Origin: a virus
IMG/VR virus record: IMGVR_UViG_3300037461_001289
Reading direction: 5' to 3' (one strand)
DNA length: 64,000 bases
Within the stretch, counting starts at the first letter, position 1. Each line of letters opens with the position of its first letter. A program made the translations under genes and the position numbers. Below are positions 35,124 to 44,246 of the stretch, piece after piece. Under the pieces are notes generated by a model. That model was not told the origin of the DNA and did not search any database. It worked only from the letters and a program-made list of their open reading frames with translations.

Positions 35124-36338
35124 CTACTCCTTCTTGCTCTTCTTCTTGGGTGCCGGCGCCGGCGGCTCGGGCGTAGGCTCGGGCGTCGGCTCCGGCGCCA
35201 CGACCGGCTCGGCCGGCTTCGCCGTCGCCGCCTGCGCCTCGGCGTCGGCCTTGAGCGCCGCCGCCACCGCCGCCCACTGCTGCGCCTGCGCCTCGGCCAC
35301 CGCTGCCTGCTCGGCCGGCGTCGATGCCACAGCGGCCGGCGCGGACTCCGCGGGCCTCGTCGTCGAAGCGGCAGCAGCAGCGGCCGGCGCGCTCGCCGGC
35401 GCCCCACCGCCCTTGAGCTTCTCCATCATCTCGATCTGACCTTGCCACCACTCCATGAAGTTCGCCCGCTCGGCGTCGGTCAGCTTCGACAGGATCTCCA
35501 TAAACCGGCCTTCGTCCTTAGCCAGCGACTCGAAGGTCATCATCAGCTGCTTGGCGCCCGGCGAGGTCGCGTCGCGCACGTCGAGCCCGCCCCACTTGCG
35601 TGCCACCGCCAAGCCGACCGTCTTGACCGTGTCGACCAGCTCGCGCTTCGTCTCGCGCTCGATCTTCAGCGACTCGCGCTGCTGCTCGCGGTCCAGCTCG
35701 GCGATCTTCGCCTTGCGCACGACCTCCTCGTTCTCCCGCCGCTCCTTGCGGTCCAGCAACGACTGCTCGTGCATGTCGCGGATCTGCTCCCGCATGCACT
35801 GCATCATCGTCACACTACCCGTCATGAGGTCGCAGAAGTTGTCCTCGAAGCGGTCGAGCTTGCCCATGACGAGCTGGAGCACGCCGGCCTCGTTGGCCGG
35901 CAGCGAGTCGATGTTCCGCTCCGCCGTCTGCCCGACCTTGATCCAGAAGAAGCACCCCGACTCGCTCTCGCTCGGGTCGTCCTCGTAGTAGGCGTGCGCG
36001 CCAAACTGCTGCGTCGACCCGCCCAGCCCGGCGGCGTAGTTCTCCGCCTTCGCCCACAGCGCGTGCGCCATCTCCGGCGCCGCCTCGGCGTCGCGCTGGT
36101 CCGGCGCCAACGCCTTGAGCTGGATCGTCCCGAGCTTGTCCCCGAGCCGCCGCCCCGGCGTGACGTGCCGCAGGTAGACGACGAGCGGACGGGCGTCGGT
36201 GTGCAACGCGAACGCCTCGCGCAACCACTCGATCAGCCGCTCACCATCCCGCCCGGTCAACGCGACTCCGTTGCCAGCACGGACCCGCCCGAGGTCCGTG
36301 ATCGTCGCCGCCCGCTCCGTTGTCAGTAGCTTGCCCAT
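35124..36338 (-). CDS. Coiled-coil protein with Ala/Pro-rich tail
   Basis: SD GGAGA before ATG 36338; long charged helix in the middle. Confidence 0.65.
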   Translation of the reverse strand: MGKLLTTERAATITDLGRVRAGNGVALTGRDGERLIEWLREAFALHTDARPLVVYLRHVTPGRRLGDKLGTIQLKALAPDQRDAEAAPEMAHALWAKAENYAAGLGGSTQQFGAHAYYEDDPSESESGCFFWIKVGQTAERNIDSLPANEAGVLQLVMGKLDRFEDNFCDLMTGSVTMMQCMREQIRDMHEQSLLDRKERRENEEVVRKAKIAELDREQQRESLKIERETKRELVDTVKTVGLAVARKWGGLDVRDATSPGAKQLMMTFESLAKDEGRFMEILSKLTDAERANFMEWWQGQIEMMEKLKGGGAPASAPAAAAAASTTRPAESAPAAVASTPAEQAAVAEAQAQQWAAVAAALKADAEAQAATAKPAEPVVAPEPTPEPTPEPPAPAPKKKSKKE

Positions 36339-36377
36339 GTCGTTGTCTCCCCTGTTTGAGCTGCGCATCGTCGTTGA

Positions 36378-37088
36378 CTACCTCCGTGGTACCTTGAACG
36401 ACGCCGCGGTTATAAACCCGGCGCCCTTGAGCGTAGCCTTCAGCTGCGTTGCCGCCGCGATGAGCGCAGCACGCTTATCCTTCACGCGCTTACGCTCGGC
36501 CTGCGTACGCACCTGGGCGCGTAGCGGGCTCGACAGACCACCGCGACCGCGCGTGCGCGCCTTACCACCGCGCTTCGGTTCCATTGTATCCTCGTCGATC
36601 TCGTTGCCGTCGTAGTCGGTGATGACGTAGCCGACCGAGGCACCCTGTTCGTTCGCCCACTGCTGCGCCTCGCGTCGAACGTCGTTGACCGCGACCGACC
36701 GCCGCGATGCACTGATGCTGCCCGTCGCCTCACCACCGTCGTCATCGAGCAACGAGTAGCGATACTTGACGAAGCGTGCCGACCCCTTCGGCGCTTGCTC
36801 GCCACCAACGGTTGACGACCAATGCTTTTGCGCCACGCGCCATGCACCCGCGGCCGTGCTTGCGACGGGGCGGATAGTACCGGTGTCTGGTGTCGCGCGC
36901 CCGTTCTTGTCGATCTTGTACACGTTGCCGCCCGAGACATACAAGCTCACAGCCCAGCCCTTGACACCGATCCACTCCGCGAGCTCGTACTTCCACGCAC
37001 CGGGGCCATCGAGCTTGAGCTCATAGCCGTGCGAGCTGCCCTTGACTTCAAATCTCTTCCATTGCGCGAGTGACGCGAGCTTCTTCAT
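36378..37088 (-). CDS. Modular hypothetical protein with basic tail
   Basis: SD GGAGG; segments joined by TVGG and KRGGKAR linkers. Confidence 0.6.
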   Translation of the reverse strand: MKKLASLAQWKRFEVKGSSHGYELKLDGPGAWKYELAEWIGVKGWAVSLYVSGGNVYKIDKNGRATPDTGTIRPVASTAAGAWRVAQKHWSSTVGGEQAPKGSARFVKYRYSLLDDDGGEATGSISASRRSVAVNDVRREAQQWANEQGASVGYVITDYDGNEIDEDTMEPKRGGKARTRGRGGLSSPLRAQVRTQAERKRVKDKRAALIAAATQLKATLKGAGFITAASFKVPRR

Positions 37089-37092
37089 CGCC

Positions 37093-37647
37093 CTACCTCC
37101 GCCGCGCGTCGTTGACCGCGTCCACCGTCTGCGCCACGTCGGCCACCACCGCGCCGGTCGAGGTGTATGACGGCGTGAAAACCCATTGGCCGATCTTCCA
37201 GAGCAGGATGCCGCCGCCGCCGAGGCCGAGCGCGACGGCCCACCACGGCCAGCCCTTCTTGACCGTGACCGGCGCGGCCTGTGCGACCGGCGCCGCGCTC
37301 TGCTGCGCCTGCTGCCCCAGCTCGCTCTGCAGCCCCGCGCGCCACGCGGTGAGGCGCTGCTGCCACTGGCGGATCTCCGCGTCCGTCTTGTCGATCTCAA
37401 ACGGCAGCCGCTCCAATGAGAAGTAGCGGCCGAGCCAGGCGCCGTACCAGCGGCGCCACGCATCAAGGAACTCGTGCCTGATCGTACCGACGCCGCCCTC
37501 GACGATGGCCGCGACGCCGTTGCACTCCGCGGCGAGCAGCCGCGCCTGCGTCAACACGTCCGCGCGGGTCACGCCTTGCGGCGGCGTCACGCTCGGCTCG
37601 TATGGTTGCTCGGTGTAGTCGGCTTCGAGCGGCTCGGCGGTGGGCAT
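37093..37647 (-). CDS. Membrane protein
   Basis: WPWWAVALGLGGGGILLW TM segment. Confidence 0.6.
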   Translation of the reverse strand: MPTAEPLEADYTEQPYEPSVTPPQGVTRADVLTQARLLAAECNGVAAIVEGGVGTIRHEFLDAWRRWYGAWLGRYFSLERLPFEIDKTDAEIRQWQQRLTAWRAGLQSELGQQAQQSAAPVAQAAPVTVKKGWPWWAVALGLGGGGILLWKIGQWVFTPSYTSTGAVVADVAQTVDAVNDARRR

Positions 37648-37657
37648 CGATCAACTC

Positions 37658-38560
37658 CTAGAGGGCAAGCTCGAAGATCAAATTGTAGTCGGCCGACCCA
37701 GCCGCCATGCGGTTGACCACGCGGATCGTCTGCGCGTCGGACCCGATGGGCCAATCCGGCGTCGGGTACGCCACCGCCTGGTACAGCGCTTCTGCCGGCC
37801 CGTAAGCGCTGTCGCGCATCTCAACGTCGAGCTGCGTATTGTTGGCCACCGCCGTCGCGCGGAAGCTCTTGGCAAACATCGGGATGAACCACGCATCATC
37901 GCCGAAGGCGGCCAGCGCATGCCGCGCCAACGTCCGCTGCGGCTGCCGCCCGTGAGCGACGGCGCCGGTCGCCAACGACGCGGCGACGCGATACTGCGGC
38001 GGCGGTATCGAGATCGCGTGCCCCCCGGGGATGGTACGGTAGACCACGTGCAACTGCAGACGCGTGATCGCCAGCGAAAACTGCACCCCGCGCATGTAGT
38101 CGATCTCGGTCAGCATCGCAACGCCGCCGATACCGAGGTCCAGAATCGCCACGACCTCAGTCGGCGAATTGAGCGCTTCGCCGGTAGGCGGCGGTCCGGT
38201 AAGATCCCCGAGCACGATGGTCACGACATGCGGCTCCTCATCCTTCGTCGCGACGTCGATAAGTGTGACCGCCGCCGCGCGCTCCACCGGCACGTCAAGC
38301 GCCGTCCGCGGCCAAAACTGATTACCCCCGGGGCCGACCACCTGCGCGGGCGCCTCCTGCAGCGTCAGCAACGCATTGCCTTGGAGCTTCGCCCCCTCCT
38401 TGAAGATGCTCGAACCGCCCTCGTCGTGGTAGTCGCCGTATTGGTCCGTGTACCCGCTCATGTCGCCCGCTCCGCCGTCAGCGCCCGGGGCGCCGTAGTA
38501 GTAGTTAACCTCGTTGACGCACCCGAACCCGCACAGACACACTGCCAGTAACCAGCGCAT
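37658..38560 (-). CDS. Two-beta-sandwich (double jelly-roll-like) protein with possible lipoprotein signal
   Basis: SD GGAGG, MRWLLAVCLCGFGC; then two strand-rich halves ending YNLIFELAL; fold is inferred. Confidence 0.5.
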   Translation of the reverse strand: MRWLLAVCLCGFGCVNEVNYYYGAPGADGGAGDMSGYTDQYGDYHDEGGSSIFKEGAKLQGNALLTLQEAPAQVVGPGGNQFWPRTALDVPVERAAAVTLIDVATKDEEPHVVTIVLGDLTGPPPTGEALNSPTEVVAILDLGIGGVAMLTEIDYMRGVQFSLAITRLQLHVVYRTIPGGHAISIPPPQYRVAASLATGAVAHGRQPQRTLARHALAAFGDDAWFIPMFAKSFRATAVANNTQLDVEMRDSAYGPAEALYQAVAYPTPDWPIGSDAQTIRVVNRMAAGSADYNLIFELAL

Positions 38561-38618
38561 GCGCACCTCCCTGTACGGAGCATCATACACGCGCCGACCG
38601 CAGCTGTACACCTCGACC

Positions 38619-39863
38619 TCATTGCGCTCCGACCGTGCCCTCACCCGGGAACGGCCCGTCCTCGCCGCCCTCCGGCATCCCCTCGTCCTCATCCTCGCTC
38701 TGCGACTGCGCGATCTCCTCAGGAAACTCGCCGATGGCGTACTGCGGAGCGCCCTCGGGGAAGTCACTGTCGGTCAGCCCCTCGTCTTCGTAGTAGGTGC
38801 CGTCGTCGTCATCGAACCCTTCGCCCGCGCCGTTGTCCTCCTCGGGCGCGAGGAAGTCGTCCGGCCCGAGGTCCCCGCCGTACCCACCGCCGCCACCACC
38901 GTCGCCGGGCATCATCGGCATCATCCCGTAGGGGTTGCTCTGCAGCCACGGGTTGTAAGGCATCTGTGGTAACGGCTGCGGCTGCGGCGTCAGCACCGCG
39001 GTCAGCGGCGTCCGCGGCACGAGCGTGGTCACGATGGGCCGCGCTGCCGCCAACGACGGCCGCGCCATCGTCATCGAACTCGGCGCGGCGACGGTCGTCG
39101 GCTTGACCGTCGTCGTCAGCGGCGCCACCACACCACTCGGCGCGGGGCGCGTCGGCAACGTCGGCGCCGCAGTCGAGACGCGCGGCCCCATGACCCCACC
39201 CGGCGCCGCCGCGGTCCCGCGCCGCGAACCGGACTTGGGCGACGGTAGCGCCGGACGCCGCGGTGCCGGCCGGCGTACAACAACGCGCCGAGCCGGCGAT
39301 CTCGCCGGCAGCGCCCCGCCCTCGACCGCGACGCGCGAGGCGACCACCGACGGCGGCGGTAGGTTGCGCGCCACGAGCTTCGCGACGCTGTTGATCATCC
39401 CGAGCGCCTTGGCCGCCGCCGGATCACCCGCCTCCGCACACTCGCGGATGCGTTCGAGCTGCTGCACCGAGACGTCGTCGCCGGCCTGCGCCGCCTGGAC
39501 CAAGTGGTAGGCCGCGTCCGCCGTCGCCGTCGTCCACTCACCGAACCACGGCGCGATCACGATGCCGTCGCGCTTGACCTGCTCAGCAAGCTGCCGCTTG
39601 ACCTCCTCGCCTGCGATGTGCTGGCACAGCTTGACGAAGCGCGCCGGATCCGACGGATTCCGCCACGCCCCGACGTCGACCCCGGCCGGCGCGGTCGCGA
39701 GCAGCCGCTTGCGCACCGCCTGCGCCGTCTGGATCACCCACGGCCGGTCGACGCGGACCTCGACGGTCCCGAGCTGGCCGTCGGGCGTACGCAGCTCGAC
39801 GGTCGCGTAGTAGTAGTCGTCGTCTTGCGACCACTCGACGTGCTGCGCGAGATCGAGGCTCAT
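38619..39863 (-). CDS. Putative virion protein with helical AGD module, Pro/Thr linker and acidic tail
   Basis: LVQAAQAGDD...AEAGDP; ends EGTVGAQ. Confidence 0.6.
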   Translation of the reverse strand: MSLDLAQHVEWSQDDDYYYATVELRTPDGQLGTVEVRVDRPWVIQTAQAVRKRLLATAPAGVDVGAWRNPSDPARFVKLCQHIAGEEVKRQLAEQVKRDGIVIAPWFGEWTTATADAAYHLVQAAQAGDDVSVQQLERIRECAEAGDPAAAKALGMINSVAKLVARNLPPPSVVASRVAVEGGALPARSPARRVVVRRPAPRRPALPSPKSGSRRGTAAAPGGVMGPRVSTAAPTLPTRPAPSGVVAPLTTTVKPTTVAAPSSMTMARPSLAAARPIVTTLVPRTPLTAVLTPQPQPLPQMPYNPWLQSNPYGMMPMMPGDGGGGGGYGGDLGPDDFLAPEEDNGAGEGFDDDDGTYYEDEGLTDSDFPEGAPQYAIGEFPEEIAQSQSEDEDEGMPEGGEDGPFPGEGTVGAQ

Positions 39864-40574
39864 CTAGGTCCCCGCGTCGGCGAACTCGACGTCCCCAGGC
39901 ACCCCCGACGGGTACGCCGCCGCCGCGTCGTCCTGCTCCGCCTCGACCTGCTCCGCCGCCATCGCCTCGCTGGTCTCGGTCGCCGGCTCCGACGCATTGA
40001 CCGCGTCCGGCAGCTTCAGCTTTTCGATCAACGCCTCGTAGCCCTCGGCCTGCGCCTCGAGCTGGCTCCGCATGTCGTCGGCGATGGTACGATTCTCGAG
40101 CATCTTCTCGACCGCCGCCAGCTGGTCCTCGACCTGCGCCAGCTCGACGTCGTGCGCCGTCTTGAGCGCGGCCACGCGCTGCCGCGCCTGCGACATGAGC
40201 TTGCCCTTCTGCGCCCGCTCAATCGACGTGCGCTTGAGCGACGCGATCTGCGCCTGCTGCTTCTTGATCGTCGCCGCCTGCGCGCTCGACGCCCCACGCC
40301 CACCCGGCAGCAACGGCGACGCCCGCCGCCGCGACACCACGAACTGCGACGGCTTCGGCAGCCCCTTGAGGATGAGCTTAGCGACGGCATCGAAGTTACG
40401 CTTGATCCCCACGATCTGCTCATTGCCCGCCTTCCCCGCGAGCGTAATATTGAGCAGCTCCTTCTTCGCCTTCGCGTCGCCGCTACCGGCGCGCACGAGG
40501 TAGTCATACGCCATGTCCCAGACCGGCATCGACCACGGCTGCCGGAGCCACGTTGCGCTGATGGTGACTTTCAT
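39864..40574 (-). CDS. Coiled-coil putative virion protein
   Basis: AGSGD...KAGN module then heptads. Confidence 0.6.
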   Translation of the reverse strand: MKVTISATWLRQPWSMPVWDMAYDYLVRAGSGDAKAKKELLNITLAGKAGNEQIVGIKRNFDAVAKLILKGLPKPSQFVVSRRRASPLLPGGRGASSAQAATIKKQQAQIASLKRTSIERAQKGKLMSQARQRVAALKTAHDVELAQVEDQLAAVEKMLENRTIADDMRSQLEAQAEGYEALIEKLKLPDAVNASEPATETSEAMAAEQVEAEQDDAAAAYPSGVPGDVEFADAGT

Positions 40575-40607
40575 GTGCCTGTCCCTTCCCTTGCCGGCGC
40601 CGCCGGC

Positions 40608-41213
40608 TCAGCCGATGTAGCGGTCCTCAAGCTCGATGTCCTCGGACATGCCCGGCCCGCTGCGAAAGTAGCCGTCGCCCCCGCCACCGTAGTTGAACGG
40701 CCCGAAGCCGAACGGCAGCAGCGGGACGCCGCCCGGGAAGCCCCCCGGGAACTGCCCGACCTCGTATTCGTACTCGACCTCGCCCGGCAGCGGCTCGCCG
40801 ACGGCCGACGGCCACGATGGCGGGTTGTACATCGGCGCGAACCCCAGCTCGGCGTCGGCCTGCATCTCCTCGAAGACGAACGGGTCGACGCCGTAGTTCC
40901 AGATCGACTGATAGCCCCACGGCAACATCGGCACCGCGCCAGGGAACCCGCCGTTGAGCCCGACCACCGCCGTGCGCCGCAGCTGCAGCAGCACGCTCGG
41001 CGGCGGCTGCCCCGCAGCGGCGAGACGGATGATCGCCGAGAAGTAGCGCCACGCCTCGACGGCCAACTTGTGCCCGCGCCGCGCCTGCGCCTCGACCTCG
41101 TCGAGCTGGCCCCGCGCACCGGTGTCGCCGTCGAGCGCGGCGAGCGCCAGCGCGTGCGCGAGGTCCGCCGTTGCGGTCGTCCAGGGAAACTTGAACCACG
41201 GGACCGTGACCAT
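40608..41213 (-). CDS. Putative virion protein, Gly/Pro/aromatic-rich tail
   Basis: ALDGD...RRGH module; GQFPGGFPGG. Confidence 0.6.
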   Translation of the reverse strand: MVTVPWFKFPWTTATADLAHALALAALDGDTGARGQLDEVEAQARRGHKLAVEAWRYFSAIIRLAAAGQPPPSVLLQLRRTAVVGLNGGFPGAVPMLPWGYQSIWNYGVDPFVFEEMQADAELGFAPMYNPPSWPSAVGEPLPGEVEYEYEVGQFPGGFPGGVPLLPFGFGPFNYGGGGDGYFRSGPGMSEDIELEDRYIG

Positions 41214-41222
41214 CGCCGCCTC

Positions 41223-42014
41223 CTAGAAGATGCCGTTCAGCCGCGCATACGCGGCCGTCGTCTCGGGGAACTTCTTGCGCTGCGCCGCGTCCGCGGCCCA
41301 CCCGCGTAGGCCCCCGAGCCCCGCGCGCCGACACACACCGAGCAGCCCTGACAACGTCGCCGGCTGGCCCTCGATCTCCTGTCCGATCAGGTCCTCGTGA
41401 TGCCGCACGAGCACGCGCCCGTGCAACTTCGCCAGCGCCGTCAGCGCTTCGTACTGCTCCGCCGGGTCTGCCAGGAACGCCGCCTCGCTCCGCCCGTCGG
41501 CCCACGTCCCCGTCCAACCCAAACGCCCGTCGCGCAGCGCCTTGCGCGCGTCCAGCATCCACCCAGCGTCAGCCAGCTCGCGCGCGGTCAGCGCGTAGCA
41601 GCCGAGCCGCCCATCCGGCGCCACGGCCGACGGGCGCGCAACCCGCGACCGCTGCACGTAGGTCGTCCAGCTGGCGGTGTCGACGTCGCGCAGCGGCGAC
41701 GGATACGTGATCTGCAACGTCACGCCCGCGGCGTCAGCGAACGCCTCGGCCGCCGCGAGCACCGCGGCCTCGTCGCGCAGCGCCACCGCCAGCGAAGCGT
41801 GCCCGTGCCGCGCAGCCTTGACCGCCGCATCCCGCAACTCCGCCGCCGTCGCCTGGTGCTGACGAACCGCGAGCACCGCGCGCAGCACGTCGACCGGCAC
41901 CGGCTGCGCGCCGACCCGCACCGTCGTCGGCGCCCGCAGCCCCAGCCAGGTCGCGAAGGCCGTCGCTGCGCCCACGGCGACCGCGATCCCCACGATGACG
42001 ACCGGCGGCATCAC
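41223..42014 (-). CDS. Membrane-anchored lysozyme-fold-like protein
   Basis: N-terminal TM; LGCYAL, FLADPAEQ, TLSGLLGVCRRAGLGG pattern. Confidence 0.45.
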   Translation of the reverse strand: MMPPVVIVGIAVAVGAATAFATWLGLRAPTTVRVGAQPVPVDVLRAVLAVRQHQATAAELRDAAVKAARHGHASLAVALRDEAAVLAAAEAFADAAGVTLQITYPSPLRDVDTASWTTYVQRSRVARPSAVAPDGRLGCYALTARELADAGWMLDARKALRDGRLGWTGTWADGRSEAAFLADPAEQYEALTALAKLHGRVLVRHHEDLIGQEIEGQPATLSGLLGVCRRAGLGGLRGWAADAAQRKKFPETTAAYARLNGIF

Positions 42015-42721
42015 TCACCGCTCCCGCGCGTCCAGGTCCACGAACCGTTGCTGAGGCGCGTCCACCGGCTGCGCGCCGGATCGTAGCCCTTGTTGCGGAT
42101 CAGGCGCGCCACGCCGATCAGATACGCCGCCCGTGCGTCGCCGCGCTCGGCGCGCTGCCGTAGCGCTTCGAGCTGCGACAACGCCAGCTCGTTCCCGAGC
42201 AGCGCCGCGCCGACCGCGTTCGTCATGCCATTGACGACGACCCACGGCACCCCGGGCACCGGGATGTAGCCGTCGGGCTCGTCTTGGTTCATACCGAGCA
42301 CGCGCGACGGGTCCTCAATCGTCCCGTCGCTGCGCAGCGTCAGCACGTGGTAGAGCAAGAGACGACCGACATCTGGATCGTCTACCTCGGCGAACTTCTT
42401 GGTGCACCGCGCGCCCGGGTCGACGCCGCTGACGCGGTACTCAGCGGCGAGCCACGCCGCGAGCGACTTACAGTCGGCGACGCCTTCGCTCAGCGCTTCA
42501 GCTACATCGAGCCATTCATCCACGAGTCCCGATTGCGAGCCGCGACCTGAATGGTAGTAGCGCACGCCGCTGTCGTAGAGGCGCGGCGTGTCGGGGTGCT
42601 CACGCAGGTAGTCGACATCTTGCTGCGTCAACGCCTCGAGCCAACGGTCGAGCGCGCGCTCGCTGGCCTCGCGGGAGTACGACTCGGTGAAGATGCGAGT
42701 GCGGAGCTGGGCGGGCCTCAC
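42011..42721 (-). CDS. Transglutaminase-like (papain-fold) protein
   Basis: GVADCKSLAAW (Cys), LYHVL (His), IEDPS (Asp). Confidence 0.7.
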   Translation of the reverse strand: MRPAQLRTRIFTESYSREASERALDRWLEALTQQDVDYLREHPDTPRLYDSGVRYYHSGRGSQSGLVDEWLDVAEALSEGVADCKSLAAWLAAEYRVSGVDPGARCTKKFAEVDDPDVGRLLLYHVLTLRSDGTIEDPSRVLGMNQDEPDGYIPVPGVPWVVVNGMTNAVGAALLGNELALSQLEALRQRAERGDARAAYLIGVARLIRNKGYDPARSRWTRLSNGSWTWTRGSGE

Positions 42722-42730
42722 GCGCGGCCT

Positions 42731-42793
42731 CCAGAAAAAGCTTCGGCCCGACGATCACGGACAGGGGGGTGAACCGTAATCGTCGGGCCGAAG
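42731..42793 (-). terminator. Intrinsic terminator after the putative major capsid gene
   Basis: 15-bp perfect stem CTTCGGCCCGACGAT/ATCGTCGGGCCGAAG followed on the - strand by CTTTTT. Confidence 0.75.
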
Positions 42794-42852
42794 GTCATGC
42801 AGTGTCCTCGGCCGCTATCAAGTAGCGGCGTGGGCGAAGCGTTGCGTCGGTC

Positions 42853-43392
42853 TTAGGACCGGCGATAGCTGCGGACCTTGAGGACGAGCGACAGCACGCG
42901 CGGGGTGGTGGCCGCAGCGGCGTTCGTGAAGCCGACCTGGATGATCTGGCCGCGCTGCACGGTCGTGAAGCGGACGAAGCGGTTCTGCACGCCAACGGCG
43001 AAGATCGCCGCCGGGATCGCCGCCGCGCCGAGGAACATGTTGGTGTCCCCGACGAAGAAGCTGGTGATGTTGAACGTGCCGGCCACGGCCTCAATCGTCA
43101 TGAGGTCGATGACCTGGTACGGGGTGTTGCAAGTCGCCTGCGCAGTGCCAGCGACGCCGCCGGCATACGTGGCCGCGTTGGTGGGAAGGTTCACGAAGTA
43201 GGTGAACATCCCCTTGGCCTTCGCGGCGCCAGCGGGGACGTAACCACGGGCGCGCCGACGCACGGCCCCGAGGGCCGCGTCAACCGCATCCGCGCCAGCG
43301 GCGTAGGTCAACGCCTCGCCACCGGCCTCGTACTCAGCGCCAAACTCCACGTCCGCGCCCACATCAACGTCAACGCCGAATTCCACTGCCAT
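42853..43392 (-). CDS. Candidate major capsid protein (single jelly-roll-like) with acidic propeptide
   Basis: Second gene of late operon, followed by terminator; ~35-aa acidic leader then ~140-aa all-beta region; fold inferred. Confidence 0.45.
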   Translation of the reverse strand: MAVEFGVDVDVGADVEFGAEYEAGGEALTYAAGADAVDAALGAVRRRARGYVPAGAAKAKGMFTYFVNLPTNAATYAGGVAGTAQATCNTPYQVIDLMTIEAVAGTFNITSFFVGDTNMFLGAAAIPAAIFAVGVQNRFVRFTTVQRGQIIQVGFTNAAAATTPRVLSLVLKVRSYRRS

Positions 43393-43506
43393 GTGCCTGT
43401 TCCTTTTTTTCGTCAACCCCGCACCAGCTCATCTGATGACTCGCCAGCTTGGGGCGTCCGGTTGAGTCTTGCGCTGGGCCGACCCCAGCGACGCACCATG
43501 CGTCGA

Positions 43507-44082
43507 CTAGGCGCCCGACGCCTCGCGCACCATCTGCTCCAGCTGCGCCGCCGTGAGGGGCTGCGGGGCCGCGCCGATGGTGACGTACTGCGACGGCAGG
43601 TTCTGGTCGGTGAAGCCGACCCGGTAGCCCGCCAGCGGCGCCTCGACGAGCGCGATGTTCTTGCTCGCCGCGTACGCCTTGATCTCCACGACCTTGCTCG
43701 GAGGGAGGAGCGCCATCTGCGTCGGCTGCCCCGCCTTCGCGCGCATCGTCATGCCCAGCTGGCGGCCGAGATCGCCACCGTAGCTGCCGAGGAGGCCAGC
43801 CGCCATGTTGCCCGCATGGGTGCCGTAGTCGTCGAGGTAGCCCGACGCCGCGGCGCCCGCACCGACGCCGCCGGCCAGCAGCATGAGGGGCACGCCACCG
43901 ATCTGCACGTGGCCCGACCCGTCCTTGGCCAGCCGCCCCTCGAGGAGCCCGAGGGCCAGCGGAGCCGCGAACGCCTCGCCGGCCTTGGTCAGCTCGGCGA
44001 TGGTCGTCTTGTGCTCCTCGATGAACTTCTTCGCCCGATTGGCGAGCTGCCGAGCCTGCTCCAGCGTCATGTCGTGTGCCAT
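43507..44082 (-). CDS. First late gene, membrane-associated
   Basis: SD AGGAG; hydrophobic LMLLAGGVGAGAAA segment. Confidence 0.6.
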   Translation of the reverse strand: MAHDMTLEQARQLANRAKKFIEEHKTTIAELTKAGEAFAAPLALGLLEGRLAKDGSGHVQIGGVPLMLLAGGVGAGAAASGYLDDYGTHAGNMAAGLLGSYGGDLGRQLGMTMRAKAGQPTQMALLPPSKVVEIKAYAASKNIALVEAPLAGYRVGFTDQNLPSQYVTIGAAPQPLTAAQLEQMVREASGA

Positions 44083-44166
44083 GCGATCTGTCTCCTGCGC
44101 TCGCGCGCTTTAGGCCCCGCTCATCGGGGCGCTTGTTTGTGATCATCATGCAACCGTATGTGAAGG

Positions 44167-44198
44167 CTTGTACACGAGAAACGAGGGCCGTAAAAAAA
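44167..44198 (-). promoter_or_regulatory. Candidate late-operon promoter
   Basis: On - strand T-tract/TTTACG-16-TACAAG, like the + strand promoter family. Confidence 0.4.
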
Positions 44199-44246
44199 GT
44201 CGACTCATGTTTTTCCAAGCACAGTTCTATGATATAAGATGTCGTC

